Below, piece by piece: positions 1 to 11,600 of a DNA stretch of 26,599 nucleotides. Below the pieces are notes generated by a model. That model was not told the origin of the DNA, did not search any database, and was given only the letters and a program-made list of their open reading frames with translations. Position numbers and translations under genes: made by a program. The stretch comes from Anthoceros angustus (Eukaryota > Plantae > Anthocerotophyta). Position 1 is the first letter of the stretch, and every line of letters begins with the position of its first letter. The DNA lies in NCBI GenBank assembly GCA_010909165.1, contig VJWM01000377.1, positions 1 through 26,599 on the forward strand, given 5' to 3'.

Positions 1-113
1 ACATATATCAAAATCACTCTAAACTCATCGACCATTAATTAAAACCTCAAAAGTAATTCTTATTATTTTATTTAAAAGTCCTTTGAATCCTTGCGGCTAC
101 TAGGCATGTCGAT
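1..113. repeat. Direct repeat, copy 1 (truncated by window edge); partner at 5530-5642
   Basis: acatat...ttaaaagtcctttgaatccttgcggctactaggcatgtcgat recurs almost identically at 5530-5642. Both copies stop sharing sequence right after 'tgtcgat'. Confidence 0.92.
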
Positions 114-123
114 GTGTTAAAAG

Positions 124-212
124 TGTTTTAGATCATGAGGAGTCCTGTTAAATGGGGAATAGTTTAATGGGAGGCATGTATGCACGCAAAGATTAGTTAG
201 AACAGGGGCAAT
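124..212 (+). repeat. Left arm of an imperfect inverted repeat; partner ~5250-5360
   Basis: tgttttagatcatgaggagtcctgttaaatggggaatagtttaatgggaggcatg is the reverse complement, with a few mismatches, of catgccttccattaaattattctccacttacaggacttctcatgatctaaaaca ending at 5360. Weaker similarity extends to ~212 and ~5250. Confidence 0.85.
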
Positions 213-310
213 GGAGGAACTTGGGTTGCCTAGCTATCAAAGAACTACGCAAAGATTTGTTAGAAACGGGTAATAGAGGAACTTGGGTTGCTCGCAGCTA
301 TCTAAGAATT
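185..310. repeat. Tandem duplication, ~63-bp unit x2
   Basis: cgcaaagatt(a/t)gttagaa...gaggaacttgggttgc...agctatc occurs twice in tandem. Confidence 0.8.
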
Positions 311-524
311 GTGAGAGTCTCCAGCCTAGACAAAGAGCGGTTCGTTAATGGTAATAGTTCATAGCACAACGCCCTTGGTGGAGAAATAGAAGGTACGCAG
401 GTTATTATTTTATATGTAACAAGGGGTCAACATAGGAGATGTAAATGACCGGACTCTATTGCATGATATGACTAAAACCAATGCAAAGTAGGCACCTCAA
501 AACTCTACACGGCAACTGGAGGCA

Positions 525-654
525 AGAGGCTTCTAGGCCCACCTAGCTCGTTAACTGTCACCATCACACCATGTACAAGGAAAACAATTAGAGGCTTTAG
601 GCCCACCTAACCAGCCATTATCATTACACCATGTACAAGGAAAACAATAAGAGG
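525..654. repeat. Tandem duplication, ~65-bp unit x2
   Basis: agaggctt..aggcccaccta...acaccatgtacaaggaaaacaat occurs twice. Confidence 0.85.
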
Positions 655-2346
655 TACAAAGGCAACTCCTATCTTTGAAAAGGCCCCCATTACAATTTTT
701 GAACTGGCTCAAACTTCTAGACATAAAAGCTATGGTGCACTTCTACCAAAACTTCATCTCTAATTGAGCATATGGGTCTCCTTCCAACCTCTATTATCGC
801 ATGGCCCTCGGTGGAAGGGGTCAGGCTGAGCTCGGCACGGCACTAGGTAAGGTGGCCCCTAGGGGTGCTCTTGTTGCCATGGTGCATTTGGGCTTTTGTC
901 TTCAACTCTTCAAGGTGAGAGAATGTTTGTATCCGTCTATGGCGATATCCATATCCTCGGGCTAAAGACAAGTTTAAGGTGGCATTTGATTTTTTCTGCT
1001 TTTAGAGCTATACGCCTCGATTTGAAGGTTAAAATCATTAAGTGTAAGGTTTGGTCTCCAAGGCGTTGTGCCCTTTCTTCGGTATCCTGAGGGGGGATAT
1101 TGCTTCGGGCCGGGTTCTGCGGTGTCCCGATTGGGCCTCCCGCCTCACCTGTGATTATGTGACGCGACTTTATCGAGGATTTAGCGCACATCGACGACCT
1201 TTCTCAACTAGGAGACCCGCAAGTGGCATTTGGGATCCTCTCCTTTTGTTTTGCACTCCAGTGGTACCTTCTCAACGGTTGCCCCTCCCAGTATTCTTAT
1301 CTAGCCTAAGGAATTTCGACAAGTGGCTTATGTGTGTTTTAGGCGACATCATCGGCCGCACCTCGAGTGTGCGGCGGATCTTGCGGCAAAGGCGTTCCTT
1401 CCGTTGCTTTTGGAGGCATTGGTTTGTGGCCACGGAGGCCTCTGGGCTAGAGGCTTTCTTAGGAGCTGGGCTCTCTACCCCCATCTTGTCCTCCCGCTTT
1501 CTTAATTTTGTATTCACATATCCTGGAGGCTTTTGTCATGACGTAAATGTGGGACTTTTCCCATGTAGGCCTGCTAAGATTAGCTGTGACTCTTTATCCT
1601 CCGAGACAAGGGTTGCTATGCCTTTTTTCCTCGCTTCCCGAGGTTGGGCACCGGGGCTTCAGGCGTCCCTCACGGAAGCAGTCTGGCGTAGGCAGGTTGG
1701 TCTCCTCCGAGATTCCGCCATTCCTAGGCTCACCCCAAGCCTGCGTCTCACTCTTGCCTGGGGAAGGGGGGGTTCCTCGGCTCGCTCGACCCGGTGTTGC
1801 CCCATATCACACGGCAACTTTTTCCATCGCTGGCGCATTTTCGCTCAGCTTGGTCCATCCTCTAGCTTGCTCTCTTTCAACTCTCAGGTCAGCCCCTCCA
1901 ATGACTTTGGGACACACTTGGCTCGGGCCGTCCGCATGTGCGCGATCATGCGACATGATGCCGCCCCGACGTCATATTTCTATTGCTAGGGAAGGTGGGT
2001 TCCTTCCATTTAGAGAGCGCCCTTACACCCTGCTCAACGGGGTTTCGCTTAGGGCAGATCTATTTTTTGACCCGTGGGATCAAGTTTCGATTGAGTTCTT
2101 TTCCTCCTATTGAGCACATAATAGATTTGATAGCAATATATAATGGTGGCAATACTACAAGTCATATATAATAGCGATATATAAAGCGGCAGGACTATAA
2201 GACATATAAGAGATGCATAATAAAGGACATATAGGAGATACATAAGGTTGAGACTTATTTGATGACTTTCCAACTTACGTCGTGATAAGATGTGGTGGAC
2301 TATTTAAGGACCTAAAAGGTTGTGAAAAATTACACATGAAGTAAAA

Positions 2347-2418
2347 GGCTATATAATAGTCTACATACTATTCCCTTCCTATAGGCTATTTAATAGTCTA
2401 CATACTATTCCCTTCCTA
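2347..2418. repeat. Tandem duplication, ~36-bp unit x2
   Basis: ggctat(a/t)taatagtctacatactattcccttccta occurs twice. Confidence 0.9.
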
Positions 2419-2556
2419 CTCTCGTCTACTTTGTTCTATGATGTTCCAATCATTACTACTTTATACACAGAGTAATCTCGGGTGATATTGCATGAGGGTT
2501 TCAACACGTGGCTCCCAATCTCAAAAATATTGGGACAATAGCATGAGCACTATATA

Positions 2557-3662
2557 TTATGGCACATACAAGTCCATTGTCCCGTTGATGGGAAGTCCAC
2601 AAGTGGGGCACGTACTGCTGCGGTCTCTATGCTTCTGCGTGCACTTGTTGCAAAGTAGGAGATGATTGCAAGGTAAGATAATGGTATTCACGGCTCAAAG
2701 CGATTATTGCGATTATATATGGTTCTAACTCTCCGAGCATTGCCTTGAGGTCCTCAAGTAGTGTCTCCTGTCGGACTCAAGTGAGTCTAAGGTCTCTCTC
2801 GGTTAGCGTTTTCCTCCTCTAGCTGGGGTGTGGTAGTGACCATATCCCTTGCTTCCTCTCCTCCTTCAAACTTTGCCGAAATGATATCCTCAATAAAACA
2901 TAATGTTTTTCAGAACTCTCAAGGGCATCTAGAGGGCCCCTCTCTCCACCCTTCCCGGATCCTAGCAAGGAAAGCCAAATCTCTTGCCGCTCTCTCGATT
3001 TCCTTACCTCCATCTGCACTGCAGGTATCTTCTCTCTCCTCCTCTTCACACCTTTGCTCTTCTTCTCCTCTTCCGTAGGCTCCGCTTTGGGCCTTTTGGA
3101 TTCACCAATTTTGTGGCCCCTGCATGTTGGGTCTTCTAGATTTACCAATTGCATAAGCATAAGCACAAGTTTATGACATTGTCTCACTCATTCGAGTGCT
3201 AGTCCATTTTGCAAAAGGAAGGCGAACACGGAGGTTGAATAATCTTTTCAAGCTCTATCTGCTCACGCTCTGCCGTTGATTACACGAATTCTATCCTTAG
3301 CTTCCATTTTCCTTAATTTAGCTTTCTCTTTGGCTTTCTTTTGGAAAGCGGAGATCCCCATGCCCCAAATAGTTTCTTTTTGCTCTTGAGCTTGAAATTG
3401 TTTTTGCTCCTCAAGGCTTTCCAACTCTTGATCGGACATGAGCTTAAGGGATGCGCACCACCGACTTGTCTCACGCTCTTGAGTTCGGTGTGGATAAGAT
3501 GAAGCTTGTCCATTGCTTGCTTTATTGGCCAACTCGTCCGACCCACCCAAGACCATCAGCCTATCTGACTCCCATTCCGGTAACTTTTGAGCTCGAACAT
3601 CTCCGCAGTGTGAAGCACAACAACTTCAAGTTCGCCAAGCTCACCTCCACTTCATCCGCCAT
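2557..3662 (-). pseudogene. RING-family copy 1: coiled-coil + C-terminal C3HC4 RING gene, frameshifted in this sequence
   Basis: Manual minus-strand translation. ATG at 3662 (MADEVEVSLANLKLL) follows the family leader. Second motif ASLKLMSDQELESLEEQ is in ORF 3263-3556. C-terminus reads NTIILPCNHLLLCNKCTQKHRDRSSTCPTCGLPINGTMDLYVP* (stop 2557-2559). The first CxxC of the RING is degenerate. Confidence 0.82.
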
Positions 3663-4678
3663 TCCTCGGCGGCAATGTCAATGTAGAGTATCCTCGGCAG
3701 CTGCATGCAAGTCGACATGCAATACATTAACAAATTTAATGTATTAGAATTAAAATATGATGGAATCTGAATTTAAATATGACGTTGACCACGTGCGATT
3801 AAAGCAAGTATCCTCGCTTGGAAGATTGAATGATTATGTTCCAATTTCTCCAAATGCTTCCTTGATGTGTGCCGATCCTCCGTGAAATGTGTTTGTATAA
3901 CGATACTTGTATTGATTTAGTTTTTCCTTAATTGGATAAAAATAAGAGGGAAGACAAAACAAGGATGCATTAATTGATGTCGGAACCCTCCATATATAGT
4001 ATGAGGCTTTGATAAGTTCTCGATAATCATTAACCCATTAACCTATAACATGAAGTCGGGGGCGGTGACTTGGAATATTATAAATTGATATGAAGATTTT
4101 ATCTTTCAAAATTGAATCTATTAAAATTATATATTATGAGTGGTTGGTAACTAGTTCTACATTTTTGTTCCAACATACGTAAATTGTTTCATTTTAGTCC
4201 CATGATATCGGTCATTTGTCCTTGTATAATTAGTGGATTAACTATAATACATTTCTTCTTCTTTTGAGTTGCATTTATTTTTCTTCTTCTTTTGGACTCC
4301 AAGCTTTGAAGTCTAACAAAGCAATGAGACCTCCAATCAGATGATGGTCACCTGTGGTGACCTCGGTAGGTATATAGAGGTACATAGATATAGAGGGTGA
4401 GTGTGTGACCCTCAAGCGTCGTGAGAGAACGAAGGAGGTGAAGTGAGAATAAATCAAATATTTAATATAAAAATAATATATCTAGTAATCTTTCAAACTA
4501 GGTAGGAACCTTTCTCTACCTACCTCTATCTACTCGGGTCAATACCCCACGGTGAGGAAATGAGGTGTTAATTCTTGATGTTTGTCTTTATAAAACAAGT
4601 AATCTCGCCTCAAGGCCACCTTTATAAAATAAGTAATCTCACTCCGAGGCACACATGAGTGAGGACGGTGCCCCAAGA

Positions 4679-5360
4679 TGTTAGAAATGATTAGTACAAC
4701 ATGATATCAAAAGAGGTCATGAAGAGTGCCTGGGATGTGGGTATGGATCTTGGTTCTAACCTCCTCCAGGCTCTCGCTCAAACTAGCTGTTCAGCCACCT
4801 ACAAAACTAAGCAGGGTTAGGCCTTTCTTCTTCTTGTAAGGCTGATGTGCCACTCAACCTCTCACATCCACTCATGCATGCAAACAAACACCACTAAAAA
4901 TCACTGATACAAGCTACGAAGCTGCTATTTGTGACAAGGAAAGACAGGCTGATGCCTAGCTGCTTGTCCTCCAGCAAGGAAACTTGCTTGTTCAAAACTG
5001 TGGTGGGTTCGCTCCGGTCACCCAGAGCTAGCCCCAGTGGCCACACTTATCCCACGGTCGTGGAATACGTGGGTTCGATCCCGAGAGACTTGTCTGGATA
5101 CGGTGATTCGGAGGGGTCGATTCTCACGCTCTCTCTCTCAACTGCTTCTCTATTACCAATTGCCTCACCGAATATGGGCTTTGGGTTTACTGGCCCACGG
5201 ACCCAAGTTGAGCCTTCCAGATTCCTCTAGCTTCTAAGATCAAACACCATAGCCTGTTCTAACAAGTCTTTGCATGCTACTGAGACTAAGCCCATACCCT
5301 AAGACGCATGCCTTCCATTAAATTATTCTCCACTTACAGGACTTCTCATGATCTAAAACA
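4679..5360. mobile_element. LTR-like segment (TG...CA, ~680 bp)
   Basis: Begins tgttagaaat and ends atctaaaaca (imperfect terminal inverted repeat). Its first ~52 bp resemble the LTR-like start at 6380, which follows a PPT. No target-site duplication is visible. Confidence 0.4.
5029..5085 (+). other. tRNA-derived-like fragment with Pol III A/B-box-like motifs
   Basis: tagccccagtgg (A-box-like, 5029-5040), ccacg-gt-cgtgg stem (5052-5063), ggg-ttcgat-ccc T-arm/B-box (5071-5082). The anticodon loop is too short and there is no acceptor stem, so it is not a functional tRNA. Confidence 0.3.
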
Positions 5361-5374
5361 TGGGGACAACAGAT

Positions 5375-5575
5375 GAGAGGAGGCCTCATCATCTAGATCA
5401 CTCTCTAAGGTCATGAGACATTGGATCAAAGAGGATGCCTTATGATCTAGATCATTCTCTAAACTCATCGGACCATTAATTAAAGCATGATGCCTTATGG
5501 TCTAGATTATTCTCTAAACTCATCATACAACATATAAAAATCAGTCTCTAAACTCATCCGACCATTAATAAAACC
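5375..5575. repeat. Degenerate array of 'gccttatgatctagatcattctctaaactcatc'-like units
   Basis: Three to four degenerate copies, including the perfect palindrome atgatctagatcat at 5442-5455. Confidence 0.75.
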
Positions 5576-5642
5576 TCAAAATTAATTCTTATTATTTTAT
5601 TTAAAAGTCCTTTGAATCCTTGCGGCTACTAGGCATGTCGAT
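5530..5642. repeat. Direct repeat, copy 2; partner at 1-113
   Basis: Near-identical to 1-113. Confidence 0.92.
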
Positions 5643-5857
5643 TCGGGTTCTTGGTAATTTCATGTCTCGGTTCTCTCAACCACCGATATACTTAATTAAT
5701 GTATGTATATACCTATATAAGCTTTTAATCGTGTGAAGCGATCGCAATAAGTAGTGGACTATAATATATAGCGATTGTAATATGTAACCATCGCAGCGTC
5801 ACATTTTTTAAAGAGAATGCGTGATACTTTTGGGCTCTGCATCGCTGCTGCAAAGGA

Positions 5858-6340
5858 ATAGTAGGTGAAGGGGAGGTGAATCTGCCTGCGAACTTGAAGC
5901 TGCTGTCTGACGAGGAGTTGGAGGAGAACACTCTATGGGTATGGAAACATAAGTACATTGTGGAGATTAAAGGCACTGGGTGACGATGAGCTAAAGGAGC
6001 ATCGAGTATGAGGAGGGAGGTCGAGGCAGGAAAAAATTTTGTCGCGTTGGAGAGGAGGTGGCGAGCAGCAATTTAGCGGTCTTGGCTACACAGAGAGGGA
6101 GAGGAGGAACCATATTGAAGAAGGAGCAGGACACGAACAAGCTTCAACTAATTTACAAGGAGCGCTCGGGCGTGCAGTGAGGGATTTCCGCCCATCAGGC
6201 TGCTCCAACGAGTTCTTGGTGGAGAGGCTCGAGGAGCGAAACAACTTCTCGGCATTGGAGACAACAAATGGCTGGAAGGCTTTTGCCCAAGAACTAGGCT
6301 GAGGCCAAGCGTCAAGCGATGCGCAAGGAGCGTAGGGATA
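5858..6340 (+). pseudogene. RING-family copy 2: 5' half only, start codon lost
   Basis: Family leader gggctctgcatcgctgctgcaaagga is followed by ATA instead of ATG, reading (I)VGEGEVNLPANLKLLSDEELEE. A later match reads SNEFLVERLEE. Homology ends near 6340, before a PPT/LTR-like sequence, with no RING. Confidence 0.78.
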
Positions 6341-6368
6341 CTAGACCTAAGGGAATAATTTTGATATG

Positions 6369-6460
6369 TTGAGTGGGAGTGTTAGAAATAATTTGGTACC
6401 ACATATCAAAATAGGTTATGAAGAGTGCCCTAAAAATAGGTTATGAAGAGTGCGCTAAAA
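6369..6460 (+). mobile_element. Copia-type polypurine tract followed by an LTR-like start (fragment)
   Basis: ttgagtgggag is immediately followed by tgttagaaat (6380), the usual copia PPT/LTR junction pattern. It is similar to 4679-4730 and contains the tandem aaaataggttatgaagagtgc x2. The other end was not identified. Confidence 0.45.
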
Positions 6461-6711
6461 TTACAAATATGTATACCTTCTAGAAACTCATGTATCTTCT
6501 AGAAAGCCCAAGAGATGGTAAAGCCAAGTGATGGATTCAAGCACATGAAAAATCAACAGACCAATAGAATTCAAGGCTGAGTACTATGTAATGCCAAGCC
6601 CACCTAGGTGTAGGTGTGGTGTGTAAGTGTGCTTGTGTGTTAGTACCCATTCAGTAGTCGTCACCTTTCTGCTGAATCTAACGGTTCGAGTGGCTCATGT
6701 GACTCGGAGAC

Positions 6712-7390
6712 GCGCTCGCGTTCGTTTGCCTTCCAGCGTAAGGGCAGGTCCGGTGGTTAAACAGCCTGCCCAAGGAGGTTGTGTTGATGGGCAGCTCGTT
6801 TCTTTGGATATTCAGATGGGCCATGGTGCGTCACCTTCCAATCCGAGCTCTCCGGACAAGCCAGAGCCTGGCGTGTGCAGGATCGTGAATGGGCGTCATG
6901 GCTCGATGGAGAATGTGGGAGCTTGAGGGATGCTCGCAGGGGTTTGATGGAGTTGCCAGGAGAGGTTGTTTCATCGATGACAGTGATGTAGTCGTTACTG
7001 TGCGATTTACTAGGGCGGCCGATTCATTTCAGGTACCGGTGAGATCTCAATGCTGTCTGTACAAGATAATCATGTCACAGTGGGGTTGTCTACGCAGTTG
7101 CTTGTACGCAGCAGGCCTGCAACTACTGAATGGTAACGATATTTCTTTCCTGTTCAGCGTTTTGCCCTGGTCTGTTGTGAACTGAGTTAGTGATGGGTTT
7201 ACTGCTTCATTTGTTTCGGGAATCATTCGATTTTCGAGGAGGAAGTGTTGCCAGTTGCTGGCAGCACCACGTTTTAATGTTATTGGTAACTATCTGGTCG
7301 ACACGTATGTCCCGAGAAATTCACAAAGTCTCTAATGTGGCCTTCAGCTGAATTGTTTCCCTGGACTCTTGCTCACATGTATGCAACATT
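6712..7390 (+). repeat. Block A, left arm of large inverted duplication; partner 17825-18505
   Basis: ORF-track peptides match on opposite strands (6889+ MGVMARWRMWELEGCSQGFDG vs 18326- MGVMALWRMWELEGCSQGFDG), and the nucleotides align throughout. Confidence 0.93.
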
Positions 7391-7645
7391 TAGCTCGCCA
7401 ACATCCTGCCCATCGGGAGTAACTGAGGTCGTGGACGGGCAGGACATCAAAGTAACATGTGTGCAAAAGGGAAGGAGGGTCAGCGTCGAAGCTGCTTGCG
7501 TGCTCCGATTCAAATGTGTCTGCTGGTAACACTTTTGTTGTTGCTTGTTTGTTGGTATTGACATGTATACTAGATGTGGAAGCGGGTTGATGCGCACAGC
7601 CGAACACCCTGTCTCAGCACTGGAGGCGCTCTTAGCAGTTTCTGC
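7385..7645 (+). repeat. Block B; direct-orientation copy at ~17097-17366
   Basis: gaggtcgtgga(c/t)gggcaggacatcaaagtaac...cactggaggcgctcttagcagtttct is present at both sites. Confidence 0.92.
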
Positions 7646-7789
7646 TAAATCACGATGTTGTTTTGTATGTGTGTTTTATTCTCGTTTGATCTGTTCGATT
7701 TCACGGACCGGACGCGAGGAAAGAACAACACACGGGCATCCCGCTCCTTGTCTGTACGAGACATGCTGATTTTTAGGAGTGAGCCGTGT

Positions 7790-7961
7790 AATTTATCAAA
7801 TGCTGGGCCACCCTGCTCCCACATTCAGCATGCATGTAAGCATCAGGCTGGCAAAGAGTTCAGGGTTAAGGCCACCACCTTTGAGAATTTCTTCAGGGTA
7901 AAGGCCACAATGGAGAATTTCTCAAACCCCTTCTGCATGATACGGATGGCAGCTGATTACT
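7790..7961 (+). repeat. Block C; inverted copy at ~17390-17568
   Basis: The KEFRVKAT(T)FENFFRVK peptide appears in ORF 7655+ and ORF 17577-. It contains an internal ~30-bp tandem repeat (7859-7921). Confidence 0.9.
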
Positions 7962-8986
7962 TCCTGAAACTAACGCGTGAAAATGCCACGGTGCTACCAA
8001 CATGCAAACAAAGGCCATTTGCATCTCACCCGGATAGATAACCGTAGCGTTGCCATAAAAGTGACGGTGGGTGGGGAGAGGTCCACGGGTTGTCGGTCGG
8101 AAGGTTGATGGGATGTCGTCATGTTATGTTATCCCTCCACTGCCGAGGGAGGGTGTCGCTGCTCGGTTGCCCGCCTCACGCAGTCCCCCACTCTAACGCG
8201 GACCTCATCCCACCCTGTCACCCAACTCGACTTGGAGGTTGTCACCCAACTCCGACTTGGATCGGACACATCACGGACACAACTTCAACGCAGCCGGACG
8301 AGCAGATCGCCAGTCCACAGATCCCACTAGCCCCGCGTCTTGGTCAGGGCGCTCACCCCTTCCAGCTGCTGCCGAAGGTGAGAAAAAATTTGTTATACCC
8401 TGCCTTTACTTTTGGAAAAACACTATGGTTATATCTGCAAAATCATTGCACTTCCCTTCCCCACGCCGACTTTCGTGAGCATGTTGTTCCCTTTCACAGG
8501 CAGCCGGACCTGATGTCATGAAAGATCATGTTATCGAAATGGTACCAATTTCCTTCCTGAGAAGCCATGGACGGTCCCGACTTCGCCATTATATCCGTGT
8601 GGTGGAACTGTTGTGAATTCCACCACAAGCTTGGTGGAATTCACAACAGTGAGTACGGCAAGAGGTGAAGCATGGTGAGTGCCAGCAATCACAAAACCTA
8701 CCTTTCCCGAATCTCAGCAAGAACTGACATTATCAGCGAGGCACAAGAGTGGCAACTTTACTGGCTTTGCACATTCTAGTCAAGCTCGTAGCTAGAAACA
8801 AGTATTCAAGTCCACAGACACGTCTGGACAGAAGGCCAATGTCGCAAACTGTCTACCTTTGTTCATAGCTACCTTGATCAACAGCTTTCGTACTAAAAAC
8901 CAGTATGTACCAAGACTAGCTGGAGCAACAGCAGCTATAGAGGACAAGGTGAAATTTTCTTTTCTTTTAATTTCTCCCCGTTTGTT
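7872..8986 (+). repeat. ~1.1-kb direct segmental duplication, copy 1; partner 12254-13381
   Basis: Colinear from ccaccacctttgagaatttc to tttcttttaatttctccccgtttgtt. The right end is the family 3' cassette in minus-gene orientation. Confidence 0.95.
8608..8649. repeat. Perfect 18-bp inverted repeat (hairpin), 6-nt loop
   Basis: ctgttgtgaattccacca-caagct-tggtggaattcacaacag. The second copy (17-bp stem) is at 12992-13031. Confidence 0.92.
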
Positions 8987-9717
8987 TTGGTTTTGATCGA
9001 GGCAAAGAGAAAAATTGATGACTTGAGGAGGATGGACCAACTTCGGGCCGTCACTTGAGTTCACCGAGTTTGGAAAGTGGATGAGCAATTTTCAATATCC
9101 ACCACTTTTCAAGACTTTAAAGATAAGTATTCGCACTTTGGGAGCATAGTCTAAAGAGCAAGCAGCCCATCTTGAATGAAGATGGGTCCAACCCAACATT
9201 CGAAAAGATGCATAAATCCAAGCAAGTAAGCTGCGATAACTTCTCTTTTCACTATTATTTTCATTACATATAATTCAATGTATTCTAATTCTATGCATTG
9301 AATGCGTAGATAGGGGCAGAATTGAAAATAAGGAGTTGAAAACGAGACTTGTTGTCTCTCATGGAAGAACCGAGACAACTAAAAACATTCAAAAGGTACA
9401 TCGCTTGAAAGGTATATATTGCATTCCAAAAAAATTCTAATGTTTATGTTTCTTCGTAACATACGATCACATTTCAGTAGTGTGGGGAATCTTCACACGT
9501 GTTTAACGCTTGTCGAAAAGGTATATGCAAAGAAAGATCTTCTCCGAATTGAAATGGAGGTAAATGACTAATTACTTTTACTTTTTGTTTGTAGTTATCG
9601 GAGAATCAAAACGAGTTGTTTTCACTCTTTGAGGTGAGTACTAAAGTTAAAAATAGATAAGTTTATATATGAATTCGAATGGTTTAAATTGCGTAAATAT
9701 TCTCGCATGAAATATTC

Positions 9718-10180
9718 AAATGATAATACATTTATCCGGACCATACAATCAGCAGCTCAAAAGTACTATTCAAGAGACGGACACTGTAACCATATTACAC
9801 TCCATCTACTCCAATAGAATATGTGTGATTGAACCAAAAATATTTTGATTAGAGACGACAAAGGATTTATGATAATCCTTTTATTGTGTAAAAGGATTGA
9901 AAAACTAAAAATGATACAGAGTGAAGGAAGTTACCGTAAGAGAGAGAGAAATGATAATACATTTATCTGGACCATACAATCAAGCTCAAAAGTACTATTC
10001 GAAGAGGCGGACGACGGAACCATATTACACTCCATCTACTCCAATAGAATATGTGTGATTAACCAAAAATTTTGATTAGAGCCTAATTACGACGGTGATG
10101 ATAATCCTTTTATTGTGTAAAAGGATTGAAAAAACGAAAATAATCTGGTAGTTGAAATTCTTGTAAGAGAGAAATGACAT
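9718..10180. repeat. AT-rich tandem repeat, ~231-bp unit x2
   Basis: aaatgataatacatttatc.ggaccatacaatc starts at 9718 and 9949. Each unit carries a 10-bp-stem hairpin aatcctttta-ttgtg-taaaaggatt (9874-9898, 10103-10127). Confidence 0.92.
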
Positions 10181-10449
10181 ATAAGCGGGTGGTATAGGCA
10201 CCGGTCTAAACAAGATCACGGACCTCGGCTCCGCCTCGATGCCGCGTCGAGTTAGGCGCGTCGGCCCCGGACTCGGCGCTCCCTCGCCGAGGCGGGCGCG
10301 TCGGGCGCACGGCCTAAACGGTCTCGGCCTCACGGCCTCGACCGTTCTCGGCCGTGGCGCCCAGCGTCCGTTCCTCTTCGTCGAGTCATAGGTTTACGCG
10401 GCCATGGTTTGCTCACGCTCGCAGCCAGGCTCTTGCGGCGCACCCTCAC

Positions 10450-11600
10450 TAAGCGATTAACTTTCCGAGTGTAGCTCGCACCCGGTTTCTTGTCCATTGC
10501 TCGGTCTCCTAGGCCCTTGGGTTTGAGTTCGGGATGGGCTTGCGAAGCGGCTTCCGTATGTCGGTTTTACCACATGCCCCGCACGCCTCTTTCTCCTTTG
10601 ACCCACCAACACGATGCTCACATTCACGCCTTGCGGCCCCTTGCACCGCAAACACTTTACGGATGTCTTGAAGCTTACTGAGCCACTTGATCCTTTGATG
10701 GCGGCTCTGCGTTGGCGTTCACCGCACATGCTCGCGATAATGTGACTTCCGTGCTTCTAAATGTTGGTGCTGGTGTGACCTCCGATCACATTGTGCTCCT
10801 CATTGGTGGTGACATCTCCCTTCATAACTCTTTCGGCCATCTCGTACGCTGCTCCAACTCATAATCGCCCCATGTAGCATATGCGAAAGTTGGCGATCAC
10901 CCTCCTCTGTCTTCTGGCGCGAATGTATATTTGCGCTGCCTCCCTCATGGTCTTCACCTTGGTGTCTTTCACCCGCCTCAACCGTAGATATGCGGATCTT
11001 AGAGGCTCATGCTTGATCACAAACTTTGACAACTCTTGGATTTTCTCAATGGAAGATCAGGAACATCTCACCAAACTTGACGAACATCTCGTCCACCAAA
11101 TAAGTGATGACCTCGGATTGCGAACCCGATGATCCGGTTCTTCATCATCGACCTTGGAGCCTTTCCTTGCCGCTTCATTCGCAGCGACATGTGTGCATCC
11201 TGCGATCTTTTCTTTGCGATCCGATAGTAGCGTTAAAGCTTCACCGGCTAGAAACGTGCTCATCTTCCGAGTGCCATCTCGGTGTGAACTCGGACTTGTA
11301 TTTGAGCACCATCTCATCAATCGCCCATCGAACTTCTCTTCAAAGTCGCAAGAGACATACTACCGTGTCTGGTGAACACATCATTTTTCTGGTGGTTCAT
11401 AATCCATCCTGGCGCCACCACGATTTTCTTCAAAGTCAATGGATCGATGTGACTCCACTCAAATCGACCACTTGTCCTACGGACGAAGGAAGGCATGCCC
11501 GGGATTGTGCCCGGTGTGCTTTCGTCGTCCACCCGACTGTAACAACACCATCACTATCAATCCCTCCCCGCGAGACTATGTAAGGCATTCCGTCAAAGTT
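10450..11600 (-). mobile_element. Degenerate retroelement gag-like region with two zinc-knuckle-like motifs
   Basis: Minus strand gives KCLRCKGP.. (10639-10660) and EACGACGKTD.. (10556-10590, His/Cys recovered only with frameshifts). These are preceded by the gag-like fragments FLAGEAL and TKVKTMREAAQI. Heavily disrupted, and the boundaries are approximate. Confidence 0.42.

Noticed and set aside
1051-1989. 312-aa plus-strand ORF as a real gene
   Set aside because: Non-ATG start, no recognisable motif, and composition typical of an antisense shadow frame.
5858-5863. ATGGCG to ATAGTA change as evidence of RIP-like hypermutation
   Set aside because: Too few sites examined. Ordinary methyl-cytosine deamination or sequence error explains it.
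6627-7640. Short ORFs in blocks A and B as proteins
   Set aside because: Peptide similarity between copies simply reflects DNA duplication; frames are inconsistent and no domain is recognisable.
9718-10180. CRISPR-like array
   Set aside because: Two long tandem units without unique spacers, no cas genes, and a eukaryotic context.
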